Below the pieces are notes generated by a model. The model did not search any database, was not told where the DNA came from, and was given only the letters and a program-made list of their open reading frames with translations. A stretch of 64,000 bases of DNA from a virus, in the IMG/VR virus record IMGVR_UViG_3300025137_000014, positions 96,001 to 160,000 of that record; one strand, written 5' to 3'. Position numbers and translations under genes: made by a program. Each line of letters opens with the position of its first letter. Position 1 is the first letter of the stretch. Positions 29,659-39,240 of the stretch are shown piece by piece.

Positions 29659-30267
29659 ATGTTAAATCATTTATACAAGTTTAACTATAAAATTGATAAA
29701 GACCAACTCAGAAAAGAACACAAACTAATGCAAGAAAGTGAAGAAACTTCCTTACATACAGTTAATACTGAGTTATTAGAGACAGTTAATGCAGGTAGAA
29801 ATACTGGCGAAGATATATTCCCTACGTATCATGATTTAAAAGATAAGGACCAATGGGATGATATGGATACTTTAAAAATAAGAGCATTTAAGGAGTATCA
29901 ATACCAAGATAATTATCCAGAAATGAAAAGATTGACTAATGACTTTGCTAATATATTAGATAGTAAAGACATAACACCATTCTTTGTATTACAAGAGCAA
30001 GACTCAGACTTTCCAATGCATATTGATATGGGGTTTCAATGTGCAATAAACTTAATTATAGATGGTGGGGATACACCAATTATGTTCAGAGAAGACGATG
30101 GATCTATACATAAATACAACTACGATAATGCATTACTTAACATCTGTAACGTCTTTCACGGTGTACCTAAACAACAGGATATGAAAAGAATGCTACTTAA
30201 ATTTAGAATAAAAGATGTATCATATGATGATGCATGTAAACGTATGATGGAACATTTTAGTGAATAA
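29659..30267 (+). CDS. 2OG-Fe(II) oxygenase/cupin-like protein
   Basis: PMHID, CAINL, FHGVP, R.LLKF; SD AGGA before 29659. Confidence 0.7.
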   Translation: MLNHLYKFNYKIDKDQLRKEHKLMQESEETSLHTVNTELLETVNAGRNTGEDIFPTYHDLKDKDQWDDMDTLKIRAFKEYQYQDNYPEMKRLTNDFANILDSKDITPFFVLQEQDSDFPMHIDMGFQCAINLIIDGGDTPIMFREDDGSIHKYNYDNALLNICNVFHGVPKQQDMKRMLLKFRIKDVSYDDACKRMMEHFSE

Positions 30268-30823
30268 TTCTATACATAATATATATTTTGTAATAAACAG
30301 AGAAATGCTTATTAAAGAAAGTGAGATTTGTCAATTTGTGCCAATCAATCGTGTTACATTGAAACGTGTTCAGTTAGGTAGCTATGATGCAAAGGGTAAA
30401 AAGTTTTCTGACTATCTTAATAAAGAAGATAAAGATTGGTGGATGAGGCAAGATACATGGCAATCAAGCATGAATGCTGATGCAGAAATGTTATCTAAGA
30501 TGCCAGAGACTACTAGAATACTTTCTATATTTAAAAAAATTATAGGCACAAATGATATCGAGGCTAACTTTTTTACACAAAAAGTAGGCACTAACGTTAA
30601 GATGCATGTTGATGTTGGTACCGCTTGTGCTATCAATTTTATACTCAAAGGAAAAGAAACTCCAATAGTATTTGAAGAAGATGGGACATTTCATTATAAA
30701 GATGCATTGATAAACGTTAGTAAGAAGCATATGGTACCAAAGCAAACATCTACAGATAGAATGCTTTTTAAGTTAAGAATTTTAAACATGCCTTTTGAAG
30801 AAGTAAGAGAAAAACTAAGATGA
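30260..30823 (+). CDS. 2OG-Fe(II) oxygenase/cupin-like protein, paralogue of the previous gene
   Basis: KMHVD, CAINF, KHMVP, R.LFKL. Confidence 0.7.
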   Translation: MNNSIHNIYFVINREMLIKESEICQFVPINRVTLKRVQLGSYDAKGKKFSDYLNKEDKDWWMRQDTWQSSMNADAEMLSKMPETTRILSIFKKIIGTNDIEANFFTQKVGTNVKMHVDVGTACAINFILKGKETPIVFEEDGTFHYKDALINVSKKHMVPKQTSTDRMLFKLRILNMPFEEVREKLR

Positions 30824-31452
30824 ACAAGAGCCAAATATTTATATTATTACATCATATATCGTTAGCAGTAGGTATAGCAATGTATGGGTTTGAATGGCCA
30901 TGGGCCATTGTATCATTTTTCTTTGGAATGTTTTGGGCTTGGGTAGTTGGACATAATATTATTCATTACTATTTTGCTCATGGCAAATATAAAGATAATC
31001 TGAAAAGTTATTTTTACACATTATTGTCATTAACGTCTGGACTAGGGTCACCGATATCATTTAGTGCATCACATCGACAACATCATAGATTCACAGATAC
31101 AGAAAAGGATCCGCATTCGCCACATCATATAGGCTGGAAACGTGTATACTTTTTAAATTGGGAACCACAGAATATTAATCCTAGGCTTCTTGCTGATTTT
31201 GCCAGAAGTAAATTTCAGAAATGGGTTCACAAACATTGGTATTATTTACATATTGCAATAGTGCTAGTGATTGCTGTTATAGATTTGAGATTATTATTTT
31301 TTGCGTTATCACCTGGTGTTTTATATAGTTTCCATAGTGCTAGTTTGACAAATACATTATCTCATATTGGTGGTGTACAGAGAAATGTACAGTTACTAAG
31401 ACCTCTTGCATGGTGGGGCTGGAACCACGCTGACCATCATGACTACAAATAA
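30820..31452 (+). CDS. membrane fatty acid desaturase
   Basis: Hydrophobic segments plus His boxes HYYFAH, HRQHH (TDTEKDPHSP) and HADHH. Confidence 0.85.
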   Translation: MNKSQIFILLHHISLAVGIAMYGFEWPWAIVSFFFGMFWAWVVGHNIIHYYFAHGKYKDNLKSYFYTLLSLTSGLGSPISFSASHRQHHRFTDTEKDPHSPHHIGWKRVYFLNWEPQNINPRLLADFARSKFQKWVHKHWYYLHIAIVLVIAVIDLRLLFFALSPGVLYSFHSASLTNTLSHIGGVQRNVQLLRPLAWWGWNHADHHDYK

Positions 31453-31456
31453 GCTA

Positions 31457-31485
31457 TTGACTAATCGTATATAATCGTATATAAT
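31457..31485 (+). promoter_or_regulatory. sigma70-type promoter containing a tandem 10-mer
   Basis: TTGACT-17-TATAAT; taatcgtata duplicated. Confidence 0.75.
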
Positions 31486-31505
31486 CAGATATATATCTAG
31501 GAGAA

Positions 31506-31826
31506 ATGCCTATGGCAGAATATGGCGAACTTATGCGACATTCTAATGTCAAGAAACGACTTGAAAGACTTAGAAAATTGCAGAATAAAGTAAAGAACTT
31601 AAGAAGGTTCCATAGTGATTTTGAAAACAAAGAGTTTTTAGAATGGACCTGTATGTCACATGAAGATATTAATTATGAAAAGCTATTAGTTGAAGGTGCT
31701 GGATATGTAACACAGTTAGTAGACTGGTGTAATGGTCATTGTAATGATTTTTATGTTGCTTATCAAGGAAAATTGTATTTTAAAAATGATACTGATGCGG
31801 CGTACTTTACAATGGTGTGGAAATAG
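31506..31826 (+). CDS. hypothetical protein
   Basis: 106 aa, SD AGGAG; YFKNDTDAAYFTMVW C-terminus. Confidence 0.65.
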   Translation: MPMAEYGELMRHSNVKKRLERLRKLQNKVKNLRRFHSDFENKEFLEWTCMSHEDINYEKLLVEGAGYVTQLVDWCNGHCNDFYVAYQGKLYFKNDTDAAYFTMVWK

Positions 31827-31834
31827 TGTATACT
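31806..31834 (+). promoter_or_regulatory. sigma70-type promoter, leaderless arrangement
   Basis: TTTACA-17-TATACT with ATG 6 nt downstream (31841). Confidence 0.65.
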
Positions 31835-31840
31835 ATTAAT

Positions 31841-32431
31841 ATGAATAAAGTAGAAACAGATATCGATATTGATGTTATTGACCGTGACACAGTCCTTACA
31901 CATTTTCGACACATAATAGCCAGCATTAAAAAAGGTGATAACTGGACAAAACATAACAGTGGTGTGTATCTACAACCTATTCCATTTGATCCAATATCTG
32001 GATTATCTTCTATTGAATACAAAGAAGCAGAAAAACGAGGATATTTTAAATTAGACTTTCTTAATAATAGTTTATATGAAGGTGTGCGTGATGAAACGCA
32101 CCTTGATGATTTAATTAAAAAAGAACCTTTGTGGGATCTACTTCAACATGCAGATATTGTAAAAAATCTTGCACATGTTCATAATCATTTAGATGTTTTA
32201 AAAGTAATGAAGCCGAAAAGTATAGTAGAACTTGCAGAAGTACTAGCGGTAATTAGACCGGCAAAGAGGCACTTACTCAATGAGAGTAAAAGTAAAATTT
32301 CAGAATTAGTTTGGCAAAAACCAGAAGACGGTACTTACTATTTTAAAAAAGCACATGCGATTGCATATGCAGTAAGTATTGTGGTACAGCTTAATCTATT
32401 TTGCGAACAAGTTGAACAGAACGCCTCTTAA
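31841..32431 (+). CDS. miniature family C DNA polymerase (DnaE catalytic-core-like)
   Basis: TDIDIDV (PDIDxD), YFKLDFL (KxDFL), YFKKAHAIAYA (FNKSHAAAY) in 196 aa. Confidence 0.8.
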   Translation: MNKVETDIDIDVIDRDTVLTHFRHIIASIKKGDNWTKHNSGVYLQPIPFDPISGLSSIEYKEAEKRGYFKLDFLNNSLYEGVRDETHLDDLIKKEPLWDLLQHADIVKNLAHVHNHLDVLKVMKPKSIVELAEVLAVIRPAKRHLLNESKSKISELVWQKPEDGTYYFKKAHAIAYAVSIVVQLNLFCEQVEQNAS

Positions 32432-32780
32432 TACGTTTCTGTATAATATTTGATAGACTAGTCTCTGGTCCCCATAGAACCTCAACATCTTTTGAATTCA
32501 TATTTAATATCCAATTCCTATACTTGCTAATCTGTGAGCCTAAAAATAAATTAATTGGCATAAGTCTATTTGACTCCCACCACCACTGTTCTCCTAATTC
32601 TACGAACTTTTTCCTCAATTCAGGTGTTGGTATAGCCTCAAAATTATACATCGATGTTATAACCTGGTCTGAATTTATAATTATACCTAAATGCTCAGTA
32701 AATTCTTTTTTATTTCCGTATCTCACGTATGAGAAAAACGGATAATTCTCTTGCATCCATTGTTGTTTTTCATTGTCCAT
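32391..32780 (-). CDS. hypothetical protein
   Basis: 129 aa globular-looking ORF; the plus strand has no long ORF here. Confidence 0.65.
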   Translation of the reverse strand: MDNEKQQWMQENYPFFSYVRYGNKKEFTEHLGIIINSDQVITSMYNFEAIPTPELRKKFVELGEQWWWESNRLMPINLFLGSQISKYRNWILNMNSKDVEVLWGPETSLSNIIQKRIKRRSVQLVRKID

Positions 32781-32818
32781 CGTTATATTTAGCTAAGTTA
32801 GAAAAAGGGTCTCTGGGA

Positions 32819-32827
32819 GATAAATAC
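32819..32827 (+). promoter_or_regulatory. late-type promoter motif GATAAATAC, leaderless arrangement
   Basis: ATG at 32832 lies 5 nt after GATAAATA; no SD. Confidence 0.6.
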
Positions 32828-32831
32828 ATAT

Positions 32832-33629
32832 ATGAATTTAAACATGTTTCAATATGACAAAACTATTGAGATTACTTGTGCAGATGGTGACAACACAAGT
32901 AGTATGACAACTTACCTGAGGAATATGCCAATGTATGACGGACAACACAAACTTCATAAGGGTATTGATAATACTCTTAGATTTAATTTAAGGGACACCG
33001 ATAGAAAACCTATCGATTTGACTACTAAAACTATTATATGGAAAATGTACGATAGAGAAACGAGAGAGAACGTACTATTCAAATACCTTACTGTCACCAA
33101 CGCAACCAAAGGTATGGCTTCATTAACTATATTCACAACAGATACGATAATGCTACCTCAGGGCTTTTATCAATTTGCTATGTACACTGTAGAAAATGGC
33201 GTAGAACAAATCATATATACTGACACATATGACAATGCTAAAGGTGTAATTGAAGTCATAGATGATGTATACCCAGAATTTGTAGACTCACAAGAAAGCG
33301 GGACATTTTTTGATGATGGCTCTTACTTTATTTCAACTGCTTTCGATGGGTCTTCTTCAACTTCAAAATCAAAGTCTATACACACGATTGCATTATACTT
33401 TGATAATTTTTCTGGAACAGTATCCATACAAGGTGATTTGAGTGAACAACCAAGTTCGCAACACTCAGATTGGTTTGATATAAATCCAAAGTTATTTTCA
33501 AATCCAAATATAACAGTAAACAATGAGACTGGTGTTCAAGCATATGTAATCGAAGCAAATGTAAACTGGATCAGAGTAAGATATACTAATACTAGTGGGT
33601 CTATCAAAAAAGTTTTACTAAGAAACTAA
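32832..33629 (+). CDS. probable structural protein (BppU-like Ig domains)
   Basis: NTLRFNLRDTDRKPIDLT, beta-rich, NWIRVRY C-terminus. Confidence 0.55.
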   Translation: MNLNMFQYDKTIEITCADGDNTSSMTTYLRNMPMYDGQHKLHKGIDNTLRFNLRDTDRKPIDLTTKTIIWKMYDRETRENVLFKYLTVTNATKGMASLTIFTTDTIMLPQGFYQFAMYTVENGVEQIIYTDTYDNAKGVIEVIDDVYPEFVDSQESGTFFDDGSYFISTAFDGSSSTSKSKSIHTIALYFDNFSGTVSIQGDLSEQPSSQHSDWFDINPKLFSNPNITVNNETGVQAYVIEANVNWIRVRYTNTSGSIKKVLLRN

Positions 33630-33637
33630 TATAACGC

Positions 33638-33666
33638 TTGACTTTTAGGTCTATTTTTGCTATATT
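33638..33666 (+). promoter_or_regulatory. sigma70-type promoter, leaderless arrangement
   Basis: TTGACT-17-TATATT with ATG 6 nt downstream. Confidence 0.75.
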
Positions 33667-33672
33667 ACTAGT

Positions 33673-34674
33673 ATGGACCTTCAACAAGTAATATTCACAC
33701 ATATCCCTGGAAAGAACAGACAATCTAGTGGTGGCTGGACAAGTTTCAACTGCCCATGTTGTATCGAGGAAGGCGAGCCTCGATTGGATACTAGAATGCG
33801 TGGGGGTGTTCGTAGCGACGGTGATTCCATATCATACCACTGTTTTAACTGTGGGTTCACTGCAAGCCACCGTCACGGAAGAATACTCAATAAGAAATTT
33901 TTAAAACTCATGCGAAATATGAATGTTTCTGAAAGCGAGATTAAGCGTTTACAGTTAGAAGCAATCCGTCAGAAAGAATTGTCTGAAGGTCCATACCTAT
34001 TTACATCTAAGACACAAGTGACACGTGTTCCAAGTTTTCCTGATACCGAACTACCTGAAGGTTCGGAAGATTTAGAAGTTTTACTAGCAAAAGATAATCC
34101 TCCAGAAGGAGCCATCTATGCAGTTAAATATTTGATTGATAGAGGAGTACATGACAATATAGAAGATTGTTATTGGTCTCCAGATAAGTTTTTTAAAAAC
34201 AGAGTTATATTTCCATTCTATCAAGGAGATAGAATAGTGGGGTATACTGCACGTGATATAACTGGTAAGTCTTCATCTAAATACATGACAAAGGCACCGA
34301 AGAAATTTTTACATAATGTTGATAAGGTAAAATCTAATAATAAATACTTAATCGTATGTGAAGGTATAATCGATGCACTTGCATTAGATTGTATTGCGAT
34401 TACAAGTAATGAGGCTTCACAAGACCAAATTGATTATATTAATCAGTTTAAAGGAGAGGTTATTGTTTGTCCCGACAGAGATAAAGCTGGCGAGAAATTA
34501 ATCAAACAGGCTCAAGAAAATGGTTGGAGTGTATCTTTCCCTATGTGGGAGGACGATATTAAAGATGCCGCAGATGCAATTCAACGATATGGTAAACTAT
34601 ATACCTTACAAAGTATTATAGATGCAAGTATAAGTAACAACACTAAGATAAGTGTGAAAATGAGAATAGGATAA
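33673..34674 (+). CDS. DNA primase (gp61/DnaG-type)
   Basis: CPCC..CFNC zinc-binding domain, Toprim EGIIDA, PDRDKAG, KDAAD. Confidence 0.9.
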   Translation: MDLQQVIFTHIPGKNRQSSGGWTSFNCPCCIEEGEPRLDTRMRGGVRSDGDSISYHCFNCGFTASHRHGRILNKKFLKLMRNMNVSESEIKRLQLEAIRQKELSEGPYLFTSKTQVTRVPSFPDTELPEGSEDLEVLLAKDNPPEGAIYAVKYLIDRGVHDNIEDCYWSPDKFFKNRVIFPFYQGDRIVGYTARDITGKSSSKYMTKAPKKFLHNVDKVKSNNKYLIVCEGIIDALALDCIAITSNEASQDQIDYINQFKGEVIVCPDRDKAGEKLIKQAQENGWSVSFPMWEDDIKDAADAIQRYGKLYTLQSIIDASISNNTKISVKMRIG

Positions 34675-34677
34675 ACT

Positions 34678-35328
34678 ATGAAAAAAGTTAAAAAAATAAT
34701 GAGTACAATTATACCAGAACCCAAAGAACAACCGGCACCGACGCCTCCACCTCCGATGCCAACTCCACCAGTTCCGCCAAAGCCGGCAGGTGAGTTCTTA
34801 AGAGAAAATGGTGTATTGTTTATGGATAAAGAATTTAATCAAGATAACTGTATGCCTCTTGTAAAAATGATTGTTGAATATAATTTGATGCCAAAAGATA
34901 AAGCACCAGAAGTTATTCACTTGTATATCAATTCACCAGGTGGGTATGTAGATAGTTGTATGCATCTAATTGATACTATCAAGCAATCACGTATACCAGT
35001 ATATACGTATGGAATGGGGTCTATTGCAAGTTGTGGTGTCATGTTAATGATGAGTGGTGCTAAAGGACATCGTTATGTTACACAAAATACCGCAGTCATG
35101 TCACATGAATTTTCAGGTGGTACAAAAGGTCAATATCACGATATGGTAGAAAGTCGTAAACATATGGACTGGACTAACGAGAAATTAATGGAACACTATA
35201 TGAAATGTACAGGCAAGACACAAGCATACATTCGTAAACATATGTTAGCACCTAAGACAGACCATTGGCTTACACCAGAAGAAGCAGTCAAGCATGGTAT
35301 CGCAGACGAATTAATTACTACTTACTAA
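34678..35328 (+). CDS. clpP: ClpP-family protease with Pro-rich N-terminus
   Basis: YINSPGG, IASCG (Ser), MSHEF (His), TDHWLTPEEA (Asp), GIAD. Confidence 0.9.
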   Translation: MKKVKKIMSTIIPEPKEQPAPTPPPPMPTPPVPPKPAGEFLRENGVLFMDKEFNQDNCMPLVKMIVEYNLMPKDKAPEVIHLYINSPGGYVDSCMHLIDTIKQSRIPVYTYGMGSIASCGVMLMMSGAKGHRYVTQNTAVMSHEFSGGTKGQYHDMVESRKHMDWTNEKLMEHYMKCTGKTQAYIRKHMLAPKTDHWLTPEEAVKHGIADELITTY

Positions 35329-35338
35329 CAGATTTCTA

Positions 35339-35367
35339 TTGACTCTTGAGACAAAATCTGTTATTCT
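35339..35367 (+). promoter_or_regulatory. sigma70-type promoter
   Basis: TTGACT-17-TATTCT with TGn extended -10. Confidence 0.7.
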
Positions 35368-35400
35368 AACAGTAAGAATTTTGTAACAAAGGTGGGTCTT

Positions 35401-36351
35401 ATGAAGATTATATCAGGCAATAGTAATATTGAACTGGCGGCTAAAGTAGCTGAACATTGTTTCACAGATATTGTTCCAGCAGAAATAAAGACATTCGCAG
35501 ACGGTGAATGTTCAGTAGAATTTCATGAAAATATTCGAGGAGAGGATGTGTTTATTATTCAAAGCACAAGTACTCCTGTAAATGATAACTTAATGGAATT
35601 ATTGGTTATGATTGATGCGGCAAAACGTAGTAGTGCTAGTCGTATCACTGCCGTAATTCCTTATTTTGGTTATGCAAGACAAGATAGAAAGAGTGCATCA
35701 CGTACTCCTATCACTGCAAAGCTAGTTGCGAATCTGCTTACAAAAGCAGGCGCAAATAGAGTACTAACAATGGACTTACATGCTGGACAAATTCAAGGCT
35801 TCTTTGATATACCTGTAGATGATTTAACAAGCAGGTTAGTTTTTGCAAAAGATATTCAAAGACAGATTAGAGTAACAGAAGAACCAATTGTATTTGTTTC
35901 ACCAGATGCTGGTGGTACAGTAAGAGCAAGAAAGTTTGCTGATATGTATCATGCCAATTATGCAATAGTTGATAAACGTAGACCCAAAGCAGGCAAGGCA
36001 GAAGTAATGAACTTGATTGGTGAAGTCAAAGGCAAACATGCAATACTAGTAGACGATATTGTAGATAGTGGTGGTACACTATGTAATGCGGCTGAGGCAC
36101 TATTGGATGCAGGTGCATTATCTGTTAGAGCATATATTACTCATGGAGTACTAAGTGATAATGCATGTAGTAAAATTGAAAAAAGTAAATTAGATGAACT
36201 TGTTATTACTGATAGTATCCCATCAATTAATGAGGGTGCTTGGAAAAAGACACGGGCAGTTAGTGTTTGTGGATTATTAGGAGAAGCAATCAGACGAGTC
36301 AATAACGAAGAAAGTGTAAGTAGTTTATTTAAGGTTAAGATACATTCATGA
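35401..36351 (+). CDS. prs: ribose-phosphate pyrophosphokinase
   Basis: [45 protein letters not shown]. Confidence 0.95.
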   Translation: MKIISGNSNIELAAKVAEHCFTDIVPAEIKTFADGECSVEFHENIRGEDVFIIQSTSTPVNDNLMELLVMIDAAKRSSASRITAVIPYFGYARQDRKSASRTPITAKLVANLLTKAGANRVLTMDLHAGQIQGFFDIPVDDLTSRLVFAKDIQRQIRVTEEPIVFVSPDAGGTVRARKFADMYHANYAIVDKRRPKAGKAEVMNLIGEVKGKHAILVDDIVDSGGTLCNAAEALLDAGALSVRAYITHGVLSDNACSKIEKSKLDELVITDSIPSINEGAWKKTRAVSVCGLLGEAIRRVNNEESVSSLFKVKIHS

Positions 36352-36773
36352 GAATTAAATTAGATTTAAATAAGATTAATAGTAGGTTACACTGGACAAC
36401 ACTTTATAGTGAAAAATTATTATTAGCAATAATTGGATTGCTAACAATGGTTGCGGCTTTTACAGACATTTATGAAATGCTAATCTATTTGAAAGTAGAA
36501 CTAGGCGACTTGTTCTTGCTTTTCATTTATGCAGAGATTATAGGAATGGTGGGAGCATTTTATATTAGTAATAGAATACCTGTTACTCTACCTATCATTA
36601 TTGCTATGACGGCACTTTGTAGATTAATTGTTCTACATTCAAAAGAAGCAGACCCATGGATGCTTGTTGCAGAAGCAAGTGCTATTGCAGTATTGGCAGG
36701 GGCGGCTTATCTTATGAGTGCTAAAGAAAAACTGAGTTTAGAAAAAGATAAAATACGTGAGAAAAATAAATAA
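36348..36773 (+). CDS. psiE: phosphate-starvation-inducible PsiE family membrane protein
   Basis: [31 protein letters not shown]; four hydrophobic helices. Confidence 0.75.
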   Translation: MRIKLDLNKINSRLHWTTLYSEKLLLAIIGLLTMVAAFTDIYEMLIYLKVELGDLFLLFIYAEIIGMVGAFYISNRIPVTLPIIIAMTALCRLIVLHSKEADPWMLVAEASAIAVLAGAAYLMSAKEKLSLEKDKIREKNK

Positions 36774-36786
36774 GAAAGGTAATTAA

Positions 36787-37299
36787 ATGTATAAGGTAAC
36801 GGCATACTTTAGAGACCATAAAGTTGTTGAAAAGTTTTATAACTTATATGATGCAATAGATTTTAGAGATAGTGCAGATGCTAATTATCCTGAAAACGTA
36901 AAATTTGAAAAGGTAATATCAATGAGAGAATGGGTAGTAGAATGTTGGAATAGTGTAATGGATATGGAGCATAATCCACTAAAGAATATTCCAGACTTTA
37001 GCACACGACATATGATTATGCAAGTATTAGCATGGATGTGGTGTATTGCGTTTGCATTCATCGTAAGTAGTATGTGGGCAGGAGTAATTAGTATGTTTGT
37101 TCATACAGTATTACTAGGAGCCATTGCAATCACAGTTGCTACATTTGAAACAGCAAAACGCAAGCCAACTGCATTTAACTTCATAAACGGATATAACTCA
37201 CATGGTAGAGCAAGGACTTATACTATCTGGAGAGATAAAAAAGGTAATGCACATAAAGTACAGTTAGATGCCAATGATCCAGGCGGAGAACACGAATAA
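36787..37299 (+). CDS. hypothetical membrane protein
   Basis: Two hydrophobic segments; possible second start at 36922. Confidence 0.65.
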   Translation: MYKVTAYFRDHKVVEKFYNLYDAIDFRDSADANYPENVKFEKVISMREWVVECWNSVMDMEHNPLKNIPDFSTRHMIMQVLAWMWCIAFAFIVSSMWAGVISMFVHTVLLGAIAITVATFETAKRKPTAFNFINGYNSHGRARTYTIWRDKKGNAHKVQLDANDPGGEHE

Positions 37300-37304
37300 A
37301 TCAT

Positions 37305-37333
37305 TTGACAATCATCGTTGAACAGAGTAGAAT
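37305..37333 (+). promoter_or_regulatory. sigma70-type promoter, leaderless arrangement
   Basis: TTGACA-17-TAGAAT with ATG 6 nt downstream. Confidence 0.8.
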
Positions 37334-37339
37334 AGAAGT

Positions 37340-38743
37340 ATGGCAGAAGAAGTAAAAGATTACAATTTAGATTTACAGAAATTGTTTGTTCAGTTCATGT
37401 TAACTGATCCTGAACTTTATACAAGAGTTAGGGCAATAGTAGAGCCTAAGTATTTTGATAGAAATCTAAGAAAAGTAGTTGAACTCTTAGTCAATCATAC
37501 TGAGGAATACTCTACGATTCCAACTACTGAAATTATTAAAGCACAAACTGGACAAGAGATAGAAAAATTAGATGATATCGGTCAACATGCAGATTGGTTT
37601 ATTGATGAGTTTGAAACATTCTGTAGGCATAAGGCAATAGAAAGAGCAATCATTGATAGTGCAGACTTACTAGAGACAGGCAAATATGGTGAAGTAGAAC
37701 TTAGAATTAAAGAGGCAGTACAAACTGGACTAGCCCGTTCATTAGGTACAGACTATTTTGCAGATCCTAGAGCAAGACTTGAAAAGCTAAAAGATAACAA
37801 TGGTCAAATTACGACTGGTTGGAAATCATTAGACGATAAATTATATGGTGGCATCAATCGTGGTGAGATAACTATTTTTTGTGGTGGGTCTGGTGCAGGT
37901 AAATCTTTGTTTATGCAAAACATGAGTTTGAATTGGGCAGAAGCAGGTTTAAATTGTGTATACTTTACACTTGAACTTTCAGAAGAACTATCAAGTATGC
38001 GTATGGATGCGATGCTAACAGATAGAAGTACAAAAAGAATTTTTAAAGAATTAGATGATGTAGAATTACAAGTTAGAACTAAAGGCAAATCGTCTGGAAT
38101 GTTACGTGTTAAGTATCTTCCTTCTGGTTCCACAGTTAATGATATACGTTCTTATATTAAAGAATTGCAAATACAAACTGGCAAACGAGTTGATTGTATG
38201 TGTGTAGATTACTTAGATTTATTAATGCCAGCAACAAAGAAAGTATCAGCAAGTGATTTGTTCATTAAAGACAAATATGTAGCAGAAGAAATTCGTAATT
38301 TTGCAATGGAAACTGAGACAGTTTTAGTAACTGCATCACAATTAAATAGAAGTGCAGTAGAAGAAATTGAATTTGACCATTCTCATATCGCAGGTGGTAT
38401 ATCTAAAATTCAAACTGCGGATAATGTTATTGGTATCTTTACAAGCCAAGCAATGAGAGAACGTGGACAATATCAGTTACAGCTATTAAAAACACGTTCA
38501 TCAAGTGGTGTAGGTAGTAAAATTAATCTAGTATTTGATAGAGATAGTCTTAAAATCTCAGATGATACAGAAGGGTTAACTGACGACCAAACAACGTCAA
38601 ATACGATGAGTGTGGTTGATACATTACGACAAAAAACTACAGTAAACGCACCAGAAACTAACACAGAAGCAAAAACTGATGTTGCAATGAACTTGAGAGC
38701 AATGTTGAAGACCAAGACACGTTCTCCTTTTGATGAAAACTGA
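37340..38743 (+). CDS. replicative DNA helicase (gp41/DnaB-like)
   Basis: GGSGAGKS, FTLELSE, VDYLDL, TASQLNR, LLKTR. Confidence 0.92.
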   Translation: MAEEVKDYNLDLQKLFVQFMLTDPELYTRVRAIVEPKYFDRNLRKVVELLVNHTEEYSTIPTTEIIKAQTGQEIEKLDDIGQHADWFIDEFETFCRHKAIERAIIDSADLLETGKYGEVELRIKEAVQTGLARSLGTDYFADPRARLEKLKDNNGQITTGWKSLDDKLYGGINRGEITIFCGGSGAGKSLFMQNMSLNWAEAGLNCVYFTLELSEELSSMRMDAMLTDRSTKRIFKELDDVELQVRTKGKSSGMLRVKYLPSGSTVNDIRSYIKELQIQTGKRVDCMCVDYLDLLMPATKKVSASDLFIKDKYVAEEIRNFAMETETVLVTASQLNRSAVEEIEFDHSHIAGGISKIQTADNVIGIFTSQAMRERGQYQLQLLKTRSSSGVGSKINLVFDRDSLKISDDTEGLTDDQTTSNTMSVVDTLRQKTTVNAPETNTEAKTDVAMNLRAMLKTKTRSPFDEN

Positions 38744-38750
38744 TAAATAC
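38742..38750 (+). promoter_or_regulatory. late-type promoter motif GATAAATAC overlapping the helicase stop
   Basis: TGA-TAAATAC upstream of SD GGAG and ORF 38771. Confidence 0.65.
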
Positions 38751-38770
38751 AGTTAGAACGGAGAAATATC

Positions 38771-39019
38771 ATGGATAAACCTCGTAAGAGCCTATTTGAA
38801 GAACTAAATTCTTTAGCTTTTGATAAAGAAAAAGAACGTTTAGTGGAGCAAAAAGGTGAACATATCATATCAGGAGCGATAAATCTTATAGAATTTATCA
38901 ATCGTGAGTTTGATGGCGAGACTGCAAATGACTTAACTAAGAGATTAGTTAATAGCATTAGGTCTCAAGATCCGAGAAAGTTTAAACGTGGTATAAAAAG
39001 TGTCAAGGCTAAAACATAA
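38771..39019 (+). CDS. hypothetical protein
   Basis: 82 aa, SD GGAG. Confidence 0.7.
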   Translation: MDKPRKSLFEELNSLAFDKEKERLVEQKGEHIISGAINLIEFINREFDGETANDLTKRLVNSIRSQDPRKFKRGIKSVKAKT

Positions 39020-39240
39020 TGACTTTAGAGCAACAGTTAAACAGATTAAAAGTATTATCAGGTATATATAAACCATATCTACCAGAAGAAACTCAACAAG
39101 AGAACATATCTTATACTGGTACTGAAAAATCTAAACTTCAAAAGAAGCATAATATACAGCCAGGCACAGATGAATGGTTTAAATTATGGTTTGCAAAGCC
39201 TCACTTAACTGGCGAAAGACCTTTTGGGGATAAACAATGA
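39019..39240 (+). CDS. hypothetical protein
   Basis: 73 aa coupled ORF; IQPGTDEWFKLWF. Confidence 0.7.
   Translation: MTLEQQLNRLKVLSGIYKPYLPEETQQENISYTGTEKSKLQKKHNIQPGTDEWFKLWFAKPHLTGERPFGDKQ

Noticed and set aside
31463-31486. Tandem 10-mer taatcgtata as an iteron or origin
   Set aside because: Only about two and a half copies, and it coincides with a promoter -10 region; best explained as a local duplication.
7062-38743. Inteins or group I introns in terL, nrdA, nrdB, uvsW or helicase
   Set aside because: All have typical lengths and continuous motifs.
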